Below, piece by piece: positions 1-10,820 of a stretch of 64,000 nt of DNA. Origin of the DNA: Trichoplax adhaerens (Eukaryota; Animalia; Placozoa); contig NW_002060947.1 of NCBI RefSeq assembly GCF_000150275.1, positions 5,615,086-5,679,085 of the forward strand, given 5' to 3'. Each line of letters opens with the position of its first letter. Position 1 is the first letter of the stretch. The position numbers and the translations under genes are program-made. Below the pieces are notes generated by a model. The model worked only from the letters and a program-made list of their open reading frames with translations, ran no database searches and was not told the origin of the DNA.

Positions 1-98
1 TTGCTGTATGACTGTAAACTACGATTGCTTACTCAGATCTTGTTCATGGAGGTGAAATAATTAAGCAGACAATACTTTAAAAGGTTCATGAAAGTATC

Positions 99-648
99 TG
101 TTACGGTATTGGCTTGTCATTAGGATAGTTTAATAAGTACAGTAGTAGCTAGTATGAAGAATATCCATATTTGTAGTGCTAGGTAAGATAAGTAATGCCT
201 TAACGTGGATGTTGTTTGTAATAGTTCATTACATATTTGATATTGATTGTTATTGTGTGATAGATAGCAGTAAGATGATTCAAGTTCTAGTTGATGATAG
301 TTGAATTGGACAACCTACGAGCTTAGATTAAGATTAAGTATGAGTAAGAGATTCAAAATATTTACTGATAGAAAAGCTATGTAAGGAACATCTCAGTTCG
401 AGATGTTTCTCCTAGTAAGGTATAATAATAATACTGTTGTTGTTTACAAATTAGACGCTTCCTATATAAACGGGAACATTTGAGTAAAGTGGTGTGGCAA
501 AAAGTTGAAGATGTATCTTTGCTAATAAAAGTTTCATCTTTACAGACTTGCTGTGTTTGTTTAACGTTAAGTAAAAGGGCGTTTAAGTCAGTAGCTACTT
601 ATAGACTTTTACTGTACGTTACCTTGTTGCAGAAGTGAAATTGTGACA
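99..648 (+). mobile_element. Solo LTR (550 bp) of an LTR retrotransposon
   Basis: Starts TGTTAC and ends GTGACA (imperfect terminal inverted repeat). Flanked by a 5-bp TSD gtatc (94-98 and 649-653). Absent from the paralogous sites in copy B (~2538) and copy C (~9390). TATATAAA at 463-470 and AATAAA at 524-529. Confidence 0.9.
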
Positions 649-1128
649 GTATCTCAAAGTGATTAATTGTAATATTAATTGAATTTAAGAATAAAAATTC
701 CAACAGACGCCGAAGGATATAATTAAATGATTGATTTTTTGACATACAGCTAAATTATATAGGGATAAAGCTCCATCTCTTTATGTCAAGTGATAATTTA
801 GACCTGAAGATAATTAATCGGAGAGTTCAATTTGAAAGAAAATTTAGCACCCTCAGTTTAGCGCTATTAATACAATAAATGAGAATCATTCCATTTATTC
901 TAAGATTGCCTAAGTCGCTAATTAAACATACTTAGCCATACACGAATGATTATTATCTTCAGTATCACATTAGTTCTACCCTTTCAACTTGAGGCTCTGA
1001 TCGATTCTTTTCTAGATTTCTGATTATAAATAATTAACAACAATTCTAAGTATAAACTAATATCAGAAAATTTCAACAAAATACACAATTTTTTGGGTTC
1101 ATGCTATCCAAATAATACTCAAGCAACT

Positions 1129-1293
1129 ATGGCCGATCTGTTTTCTCACAATATTTCTAATAGTAATGCAATAAATAACATTTATAATATCATATACGAC
1201 TACGCAAGTTTAATCAGTGGTGTCTTATCGATCATAGGCTGTTCTCTTAATTTATTTCTATTATATAGATATAGTAGTTATTATACTCTGTGA
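1129..1293 (+). pseudogene. Truncated rhodopsin-class GPCR (N-terminus + TM1 only)
   Basis: Nearly identical to 3014-3152 up to position 1267, then runs into non-coding upstream sequence of the next unit and stops at 1293. Confidence 0.9.
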
Positions 1294-1989
1294 TAAGCCT
1301 ACTGAAGTTTAATTTTCTCATGAAACAATTTTATATTACGGAAATGGCATGAATATAGTACAAGACTACGATTACTATTGAAAACTAGACTATAATAAAT
1401 ATGCAAACTTGAGGATTGTAGATAGGGATACAAGAATACAAGCCTTTCTATAGTAAACAAGAGCATCGATGGGCATGAAATAATGATACTTGTATCTATA
1501 AGGACTATTTCTTTTTACCTTTTTCCCTGTATTCTATCTGTTATTAGCAACATGAAGAGCAGTAATTTTTATGAAGAAGAAAAAAATCGAGAAATAGATC
1601 ATCATTGCTCGATATCTAAATCGATACCGCGGATTAAACACTCGCAAGGACACACGAATAGGGAAGAAGGTATACATAAATTAAATTAACTGAACAGAGA
1701 AGATCATCTCTCGGTAATTTCTTTAAGTGTAACAAAATTATACGATATACAATACTCAAATTAAGTACAATGTGCTTTGTCTTTATATACTGTAAGTGAT
1801 CATACCAGGTTGAATTATCATTCCTTAGTTACAATCGTTCAAATATTACAAAATCAAATGATAAATTAACAACGTCGAGTATAGCAATGTAGAGATAATA
1901 GAATACCCTATCGTTAAAGAAAACTACTGAAGTATGTATTACAAAATACAATTGCTGTAATGACTGTAAAACTACGATTATTTACTCAG

Positions 1990-2475
1990 TGTGATGGAGG
2001 GTTCGACATCTCAGAGGATTGAGATTTAGTCGCCATTTACGATTATTACAACAAAGGGCTTATAAAAGTTATGCTTAATTGTAGGTTAGTAATGTGAAGT
2101 ACAGTGAGGTAGTTACGGTAGATCAGCGTGCAGGCTGTCGTGAGTAACGAGTAGTAGTATTAGACTGTGAGAGACTAACTAGAAGACTAACTGAGAGGCT
2201 AATGAACTCTGAGGTAGAAATCGCCGGTATTTATAGTTTTAAAGATAGAGCACATGCAGAGAATAGGATTATGGAATTAGATACAACATATACCATAACA
2301 GGTTACAAAATAGCAGATGATTGTAGAAAACAGCGAGTACCGTAATAACTAAATACAGTTGTCTATATATGAATGTAGAGTAAGTGGACTGTAGATCTGT
2401 CTAAATGTAAGAGCAATACAACATGTCTATATTTAAGGGTAGAATATAGTTACAGTATATTCTAAATACACTACA
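1990..2475 (-). mobile_element. Solo LTR (486 bp), unrelated in sequence to the 99-648 LTR
   Basis: TGTGATG...CACTACA termini; 5-bp TSD ctcag (1985-1989 and 2476-2480); empty site in copy A at 32-36. A minus-strand TATAAATA at 2228-2235 gives the tentative orientation. Confidence 0.88.
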
Positions 2476-3013
2476 CTCAGATCTTGTTCATGGAGGTGAA
2501 ATAACTAAGCAGACAATACTTTAAAAGGTTCATGAAAGTATCCCAAAGTGATTAATTGTAATATTGATTGAATTTAAGAATAAATTCCAACAGGCACCGA
2601 AGGATATGATTCAATGATCGATTTTTTGACATACAGCTAAATTATATAGGGAAAAAGCTCCATCTCTTTATGTCAAGTGATAGTTTAGACCTGAAGATAA
2701 TTAATCGGAGAGTTCAATTTGAAAGAAAATTAGCACCCTCAGTTTAGCGCTATTAATACAACAAATGGGAATTATTCCATTTATTCTAAGATTGCCTAAG
2801 TCGCTAATTAAACATACTTAGCCGTACACGAATGATTATTATCTTCAGTATCACATTAGTTCTACCCTTTCAACTTGAGGCTCTGGTCGATTCTTTTCTG
2901 GATTTCTGATTATAAATAATTAACAAGGATTCTAAGTATAAACTAATATCAGAAAATTTCAACAAAATACACATTTTTTGGTTCCTTCCCATTCAAATAA
3001 TACTCGAGCAACT

Positions 3014-3967
3014 ATGGTCGATCTATTTTCTCACAATATTTCTAATAGTAATGCAATAAATAACATTTATAATATCATATACGACTACGCAAGTTTAATC
3101 AGTGGTGTCTTATCGATCATAGGCTGTTCTCTTAATTTATTTCTATTATATATACTAATACGTGATAAACAATTTCATACTGTCTCGTATAAACTAATTC
3201 GAATCTCTGTTATCTCCGATATTTTATCAAGTTTCACGATCGGTACTGGTTGCTTCTTAATCTCTTACGAATTTACTTATGATGAAGGCGTAATTCTTTG
3301 TAGAGTAGTTTTATTTTTTACATTTACCTCCAACGGTGTCTCTATGTTAAATTTATGCTTAATTGCTATCGATCGTTATTTTGCTATCGTTAAGCCTTTC
3401 TACCGACGCTATCATAGACGACGTAAACAAATTTTCTACTTAAGTCAAATTTTCGTTTGGACAATATCAGTCAGTTACACTGCAGCTTTAGTCCCTGCAA
3501 TTAAAGTATCTCACGAAGATCCGACGTTATGCGATGTATCTGATATCGCCGCCGACGATACTATTCCTATTCGATTAATTATCATTGCTACTGTGCAATA
3601 TATTATACCTTGTACTGGTATTGCAATAATTTACTTCAAAATTATATCACATCAAAGAAATTATGTAAGACCTGGCCAAAGTACATTTCAAAAAAATGAA
3701 AACTTACAAAAAAAAAAATTCATTAAAATATTAATTTCTATTACTTTATGCTATATCCTCATAACATGGCCGTTTAATGCTACGCTATTGAGCCTATCGT
3801 TTACACGAAAGACAGCTATACAAATACGTAAGGAAAGTTATCCTCTTTTCTTATTAGTGTTCTATTCGCTATCAGTTAGTGTAAGCGTAGCTATTATTAA
3901 TCCAATAGTTTACCTTAAATTTGATCGAAATATTAGACAGAAAGTACTGAAAATTTTTAGACACTGA
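3014..3967 (+). CDS. Intronless class A (rhodopsin-like) orphan GPCR, 317 aa (copy B)
   Basis: Seven hydrophobic segments, TM3 Cys plus IAIDRY, ECL2 Cys, TM5 Pro (YIIP), TM6 TWPF, TM7 NPIVY, N-terminal N-glycosylation sequon. Start placed at ATG 3014 by alignment to copy C; the ORF track opens at an upstream TTG. Confidence 0.95.
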   Translation: MVDLFSHNISNSNAINNIYNIIYDYASLISGVLSIIGCSLNLFLLYILIRDKQFHTVSYKLIRISVISDILSSFTIGTGCFLISYEFTYDEGVILCRVVLFFTFTSNGVSMLNLCLIAIDRYFAIVKPFYRRYHRRRKQIFYLSQIFVWTISVSYTAALVPAIKVSHEDPTLCDVSDIAADDTIPIRLIIIATVQYIIPCTGIAIIYFKIISHQRNYVRPGQSTFQKNENLQKKKFIKILISITLCYILITWPFNATLLSLSFTRKTAIQIRKESYPLFLLVFYSLSVSVSVAIINPIVYLKFDRNIRQKVLKIFRH

Positions 3968-4924
3968 TGTTTATTTAGCACGTACGCGTATATATGTTAT
4001 ATAATTTCAAACTCTTTTCTTATAATTTACGCAAACCTAATCTATTGCTATCATATCAATATGGCAATATTTTAGTTTTTATCGATGAATGTAATTTTTC
4101 GAGTTTAACTATGTATAAAGCTATACTGGGTAATCTGAACTAGAAATATCCTATAGTTAATGTTTGACCTCTCTTTCTATACAGTACTGTAACGGAATTA
4201 ATTCCCTATCTAATTATATCATAATCATACCTACACCGCGACATTTGTAATAAAAGCGATTACATTTTATTTCATATAAATGACTCTTTTCTGTTACTAC
4301 CTTACTAGTCTTCTTCTTCCAGAATAAAAATAGCTACATTTTCTAGAATTTATTTACCAGCCGACGTTAGTACACAGAAGATTGCGTATTAGTTATTACT
4401 TGGCTTGCGTATTTACAATTAACATTCCCTTATCAGCACTACAAAGTTCTACCAACGTACTCGTATAAGCTATCTAATGTAAACTACTGTACTCCGAAGT
4501 GACATTAGAATCAAATCAGTTACGAATACATCTGATATTAATAATCTACAGATGTTAGAAAAGCAAATCGTTATCTATACTATATCGATCGATATTATTC
4601 GGGAAACTGCACAAGATCGTCAATTAGTCCGAGATATTTTTTAAACATTATGTCTGAAATTTATCCCGAAAGACGTTAGTATTCATCCGTTGTGTATTGG
4701 AATAAAATGTGTAGATATCAAGCTACAAAACTTCTGATAAAATTTGATTCTACTTTCTTTACACTCTGGTCGACTTAACGCAACTTTAACACCAAATAAA
4801 AATTGGGGAAATAACCAATCAGAAATTTATTAAGAAAACGTGAGAGAATCTGATCAAACAACCTTCTAAATACTTACTTCTAAGTCTTATACGGGTGACT
4901 GAAGAAAAACGACAAAACTGAAAA

Positions 4925-5235
4925 ATGTCAACAACCTAACATAAAGAAGAACGTTTTCACTTACAACAGTTCGACCTCGAAGAAATTAAAATTCAGTAAG
5001 TTCTTCGAAAGAATCTTCTTTTAGTCTCTACTGTAAATTTTCTGATTGCACTATCATTTACAGGCTTCGTAGAGCCCTTAGTGGTATTTAAAACTACACA
5101 TTTATTAACCGATCGCTCTTAAGATTTATTTTAGAAAACTACCTTGCACCACTTAAGAAAACAAAAATCATTCAAAGTTCAGACACAATTTACCTTATGA
5201 TTTCCATGCAAATCATTATAAAACCAACAAACTAA
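4925..5235 (+). pseudogene. Possible decayed two-exon gene fragment in sequence specific to copy B
   Basis: CCAAT at 4815, ATG 4925, phase-compatible GT-AG intron 4996-5063. Reads MSTT*HKEERFHLQQFDLEEIKIQLRRALSGI*NYTFINRSLLRFILENYL with two in-frame TAA stops. No family recognised. Confidence 0.3.
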
Positions 5236-8200
5236 CTATGAAATATCGCAAAATACATCAAGCTTCTCCTCTAACATAATTCCTAATATTAATACATTAT
5301 ATAAGTCTAAAAGTTAACCTTTAAACATCAAGATTTAGTCATAAAAATAGCAGTCTAACTGTTTAACTATAAACATTATCCCTTCCATTTGCTATCTTAT
5401 TTTCTATTTTCTCAACTAAACTTTCCTAATGTAACTATCATGTCACGTCATAAAATTCCAAAGTTTCAAATTCTCAACAAAAAGTTCAAATTTCAAAAAT
5501 CAACTCTTATAACATTTTCCAAAAATTAAAATCTAAAAATTATATCGGATATAGATCCGACCCGATTCAGGAATCTGAATCCGAATTTTATAAAGATCAC
5601 AGTAATCGCTTATCAAAAAATTTCATATGAAAACTATGACTACTTTTCTGACATTAATATTGACAGTTGATGTTTAGTATGAAGTTGTACGGTAACTGTA
5701 CAATTATAACCTACATTATAGTACTTTACTGTCATGTTATAAATCCCCCTTCTCTATGGATAAGGTTTTGCTACTAAGTCAAATTCATTTATAATCCCAG
5801 TAGACTATTAAACGCCCTTTCTTGAGTTTAGGCGATCGCTCCTAGGCTATTTCTATAGTACTTTCTATAATACTTTGTAAAATAGTAAAAAGAAAATATG
5901 GCGACATCATAATTTGGCAGGATAAAACTTAAAGATACTACCACTTTCTAAGTATTTTCTATAGTAAAGTAAAATAGTTACATACTAAAAGCTACAAAGG
6001 ACTCTGCTTTTTGTCCTTTAGTACAGTTGTATATAAAAGAGCTACATGAGCAAATTGATACCGTTAAAATAACATGTCTTCAAGTATTTGTTGATGACTT
6101 CTACGAATTAACGTCTTAAAAATTGAATGACGATGATAAAATAATATGAAGAAATTTATAGAACTTTAATTCCATACATTAACAACAACAGATAAGTTTA
6201 TATCTAGAGAGACTCTTAATAAAGGAAAAGTTATCAAGATGATCGAACTAAGAAATGACAAGAAAATAATTTTATTATAACATTAGTTAAAGTAAATAGT
6301 GATTATTGTATTGAATCTCGTAAATCGGTAAGTTATTATGACGTAGTTAATAGTTACTATATAATTCTCTGCCAAGAATTGATCACTACAAATAGACAAA
6401 TGATGCAATACTTTATTGTAGCGTTGTAACAGTTACAGTCTTTATTTCTTCGTTAATGTAAAGAAATTATTGTTATCAAAAGGAATGTATTATTTATTAA
6501 CGGTACTGTAGTCGCATCTATCTTTTGATTAAAAACGTAATTAAAAGATTTCATAAAATAAGATTATTTAAATAAACTATCGTAAAAACTTAGTTATCTG
6601 TATGCTTTGCAAACTGTTTTACTAGATTAATTTACAATTACAACTAAATGTTGTATATATTCGCGTACGATTGGCCTAAAATGGGATATTTTATATCTTA
6701 CAGCATTGCAAAATAAAAATCAAAAAGCTTATTTTATACATATAAATATCATTTGATTCGTCTTATCAATGTATATCCGTAAGTTTCAATATTTAATCAA
6801 TGTCGGAATATACGTGTATATTAGAAATGGGCGATACGTGGGATCAACATCAAGATCTTAACGTACTATAGTAGAGAAAAGTAGTCGTTATCTGAGAAAA
6901 TAACATAGTAATACTTAAGTCTATTATGATAATTTATTACAAAATTCTAGTTCTCGTATGTGTTCGTATGGCCATACTTTACGTAAAGGTATTGTTCGTT
7001 AGTATATCTTATTTTTGATCGTAGTACAGTATAGTATAAATCAATATTAAACTTTCTTTTATGTATCTAGAGACGATATATTGGAAGTCAGAAGCTAATA
7101 CTTTTATTATACGGAGAGTAACCGGATTTACCAACTGATATTTACAGAATATTAACTAACAATTCACATTATATAGTATCATTTTCTATATTTGCTGCTC
7201 TGCTAACAATTAAAATAATTCTGCTAGATAAAAATATAATGATTTTCTAAGAAGGTATCTCTTAACATTATCTATGTCACCTATGCTAGCAAATCTACAT
7301 TATATAGCATCGTTTTCTGTATTTACTAACACGTGAATAACTAAAGTTATAAGTAGTCGTACTAGAAACTTAAATAATCTAGAAGAAATTTTACTTAATA
7401 GAATATAATAATCTTCTAAGATGAAATCTCTTAAATCTACAGTTATAAGAGACTATGATTAGTATTTCAGTTAATATTTTACTTATACTTTCTAGTATAT
7501 ATTACATATTTTCTTACCTACGAAATAAGAATTGTATATATATAATTATTAAACATTCAGAAAATATAGAACTTTGATTAAAACAGAATAATAGAGATAG
7601 TCTACAGTACTGTAGTTGAGCGTAACATGTATTTCGATAATTTTACAGTCTTAGGTGTTAGAATAAACCTTTGAAAATATCTACTATAAGATAATTGCTT
7701 GTTTATCGGTTAATTATTAATTAAATTTTAATTGAAAACATATGATTAGTAAAAACAGCTAATCGTATTACTTTGCATTGATAAGAGTATACATTATGTA
7801 TTACTAATACTACTATATTTGATATTCTCTGTAATATCCTTTCAATAATATATCATATTATAATAACTACACGAGTTGAGCTTATTAAAGTTCTGACAAG
7901 ATATCTTCATTAAATTACAGTCTCTTAATTGGCTATTGTAATATACCGTAATAACTTTTTATGGCGTAGCCTCTGCCTGAGCATCTTTAAACTCACGATA
8001 ATAAAACTCAAATATCCCTAAAATAGACTCTAAATATCATGAATAGCTATCCCAGTTTTGTATTCTTATTTCATTGATTTATTTCTCTAAAAGAGAGTGA
8101 AACTCAAAACTTTCCTGTAAAATATTTTTTCTTTCATCTTGACTTAGTAATAGATCTGAATTATAATTTTGCGTATTACGGCTATTCAGAATTGTCATTG

Positions 8201-9863
8201 TATTTACTGCTTAGATCTGACTTGTATTTAAACAATCAATCTACGTAGTCTACAATGGGTAACTGAAATATCAGACACATCAGAGAAATTTAAATTTAAG
8301 ATCGATATTTCTCTGTCGATCTTTAAAATATTAAAGTTTAATTAAAATAGAATAGCAGAGTCGATTTAGTAGAGTACAATATTTTATATCATAGTTTTAG
8401 TGACAGTTGTTAAGATAATCTTTCATAGATAGTCACCGTAGAATAGCTATGACTTACTACTTTATGGTTGTATGTAAATGAACTTTAGATTATAAAGACA
8501 CATAAGTAATGTAAAAATAACTGACCTTGATGTTGTTTTAGTTTTAGATTGTATTATTTTAGGCTATTATAAATTTTGATGCCGAGATAAAATTCGGATA
8601 TCGTCATTATCATAAACTTCGATAAGTTTATTAAAGTTTAACGTTCTCATGGAATAATGCTATGCTTCTGAAATGAAACGAATATATGATACAAGACAAT
8701 GATTACTGTTGCAAAATGGCATAGTAACAGAATGTAAACTTGAGGATTGTAGATGCGAATACAAGAGTATAAGTCTTTCTGTACTGGTCAAAAACATCGA
8801 CTGGCATGAAATAATGATACTTGTATCCGTAGGGACTATCTATTTTAACCTCTCTGCTTGCATCTTATTGGCTATTAGTAGCTATGAAAAGTAGTTTATT
8901 TTTATCCAGAAGCATAAATTTGAGAAAAAAACCATCGTTGCTCGATATTTAAATCGACTAAACGAGTTATACACTTATGAGGACATACGAATGGGAAGAG
9001 AATATTTATAAATTAAATTACGCAGACTAAGCAGGGAGGATTCATCTCTCGGCGATTCCTGTAAATGCAATTAAATTATAGAATATAGTATAATTAAACT
9101 AGATATGATAGTGATCTGTCTTATATAAGTAGTCACACAAGATTGAATTATCATTCCTTGTTTACAATTGTTCAAGTACTACAAAATCAAATAACAAGTT
9201 AACAACATGCAAGATCATCCGTATCGCAACGTAGATATAATAGAATACCCTATTGCGAAAAGAAAACTACTCGAGTATGTATTGTAAAATATAATTACTG
9301 TATCAACTGTGAAATTATGATTGTTTACTCACATTTTGTTTATTGAAGTGAAATAATTGAGCAGACAATACTTTGAAAGGTTCATGAAAATATCCCAAAG
9401 TGATTAGATATGATGTTAATTGTATTTAAGAAAAAAATCAAAACAGATATCGAGATATATATATATAATAAAACGATTGAATCGTTCACGGATAATGAAA
9501 ACTATGTAGACAGATTGCTCCGTCTCTGTTGTCGAAAGATAGTTTAGACCGGACGATAATTAATTAAAGAATTCAATTTAAAAGGAAAGTAGGACCCTGA
9601 CTTTAGCGCTATTAATACAATAAATAGGATATATTCTATTTATTCTAAGGCTGCATAAGTCATAAATTTAACATATTTAGTAGTATATGAATGATTATTA
9701 TCTTCAGTATCACCTTAATTTCACCCTTTCAAATTGAGGCTATGCTCGATTCTTTTCCGAATTTTTGATTAACGGCGATAACGAGTAGAAAGCAATACCT
9801 GGAAATTTTAACAGAATACACAACTTTTGGTTCCGTCCTATTCAAAATAAAACTCAAGTAGCC

Positions 9864-10820
9864 ATGGCCAAGACGTTTACTCACAACATTTCTAACAGTA
9901 ATGTAACAAATAACTTTGATAATATCATGTACGACTACGCAAGTTTAATCAGTGGTGCCGTATCGATCATAGGCTGTTCTCTTAATTTATTTCTATTATG
10001 CGTATTAATGAGTGATAAAAAGTTTCAGGCTATCTCGTATAAACTAATTCGAATCTCTGTCATCTCTGATATTTTATCAAGTCTTGCTATTGGTATTGGT
10101 TACCTCTTAGTCTCTTACGAATTTACTTATGATGGAGGCGTGATTCTTTGTAGGGTAGTTTTATTTTTTACATTTACCTCCAACGGTGTCTCTATGTTAA
10201 ATTTATGCTTAATCGCTATCGATCGCTATTATGCTATCCTTAAACCTCTCTATCAAGGCTATCATAGACGACGCAAACACATTTTCTTTACTAGTCAAAT
10301 TTTAGTTTGGATGATAGCAGCCGGTTATACTGGAGCAATAGTCCCTGCAATTAAAGTCTCTCACGAGGATCCAACGTTATGCGATTTACCTGATATTGCC
10401 ACCGATAATACTATTCCTATTCGAATGATTATCATTGTCACTCTGCAATATATTGTGCCCTGTACTAGTATTGCAATAATTTACTTCAAAATAGTATCAC
10501 ATCAAAGAAATTATGTACGACCAGGCGAAAATACATTTCAAAATATTGAAAATAATAAACGAAAAAAAAAATTTATTAATATGTTAATTGCTATTACTTT
10601 ATGCTATATCCTTATAACATGGCCGTTTAATGCTACTCTATTTGGCATGTCGATTGTGCGAAAGACAGCTATACAAGTACGCAAGGAAAATTTCCCTTTT
10701 TTCTTATTATTATTTTATTCGCTATCAGTTAGCATAAGTGTAGCTATTATTAATCCAATAGTTTACCTTAAATTTGATCGAAATATTAGAGAGAAATCGT
10801 TGAAAATTTTTAGACACTGA
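9864..10820 (+). CDS. Intronless class A (rhodopsin-like) orphan GPCR, 318 aa (copy C)
   Basis: Paralog of 3014-3967 with the same DRY, TWPF and NPIVY motifs; one extra codon in ICL3. Confidence 0.95.
   Translation: MAKTFTHNISNSNVTNNFDNIMYDYASLISGAVSIIGCSLNLFLLCVLMSDKKFQAISYKLIRISVISDILSSLAIGIGYLLVSYEFTYDGGVILCRVVLFFTFTSNGVSMLNLCLIAIDRYYAILKPLYQGYHRRRKHIFFTSQILVWMIAAGYTGAIVPAIKVSHEDPTLCDLPDIATDNTIPIRMIIIVTLQYIVPCTSIAIIYFKIVSHQRNYVRPGENTFQNIENNKRKKKFINMLIAITLCYILITWPFNATLFGMSIVRKTAIQVRKENFPFFLLLFYSLSVSISVAIINPIVYLKFDRNIREKSLKIFRH

Noticed and set aside
1483-1689. ORFs 1483-1689 and 8709-8894 in paralogous upstream regions
   Set aside because: Starts and stops are not conserved between copies and indels break the frame; treated as non-coding.
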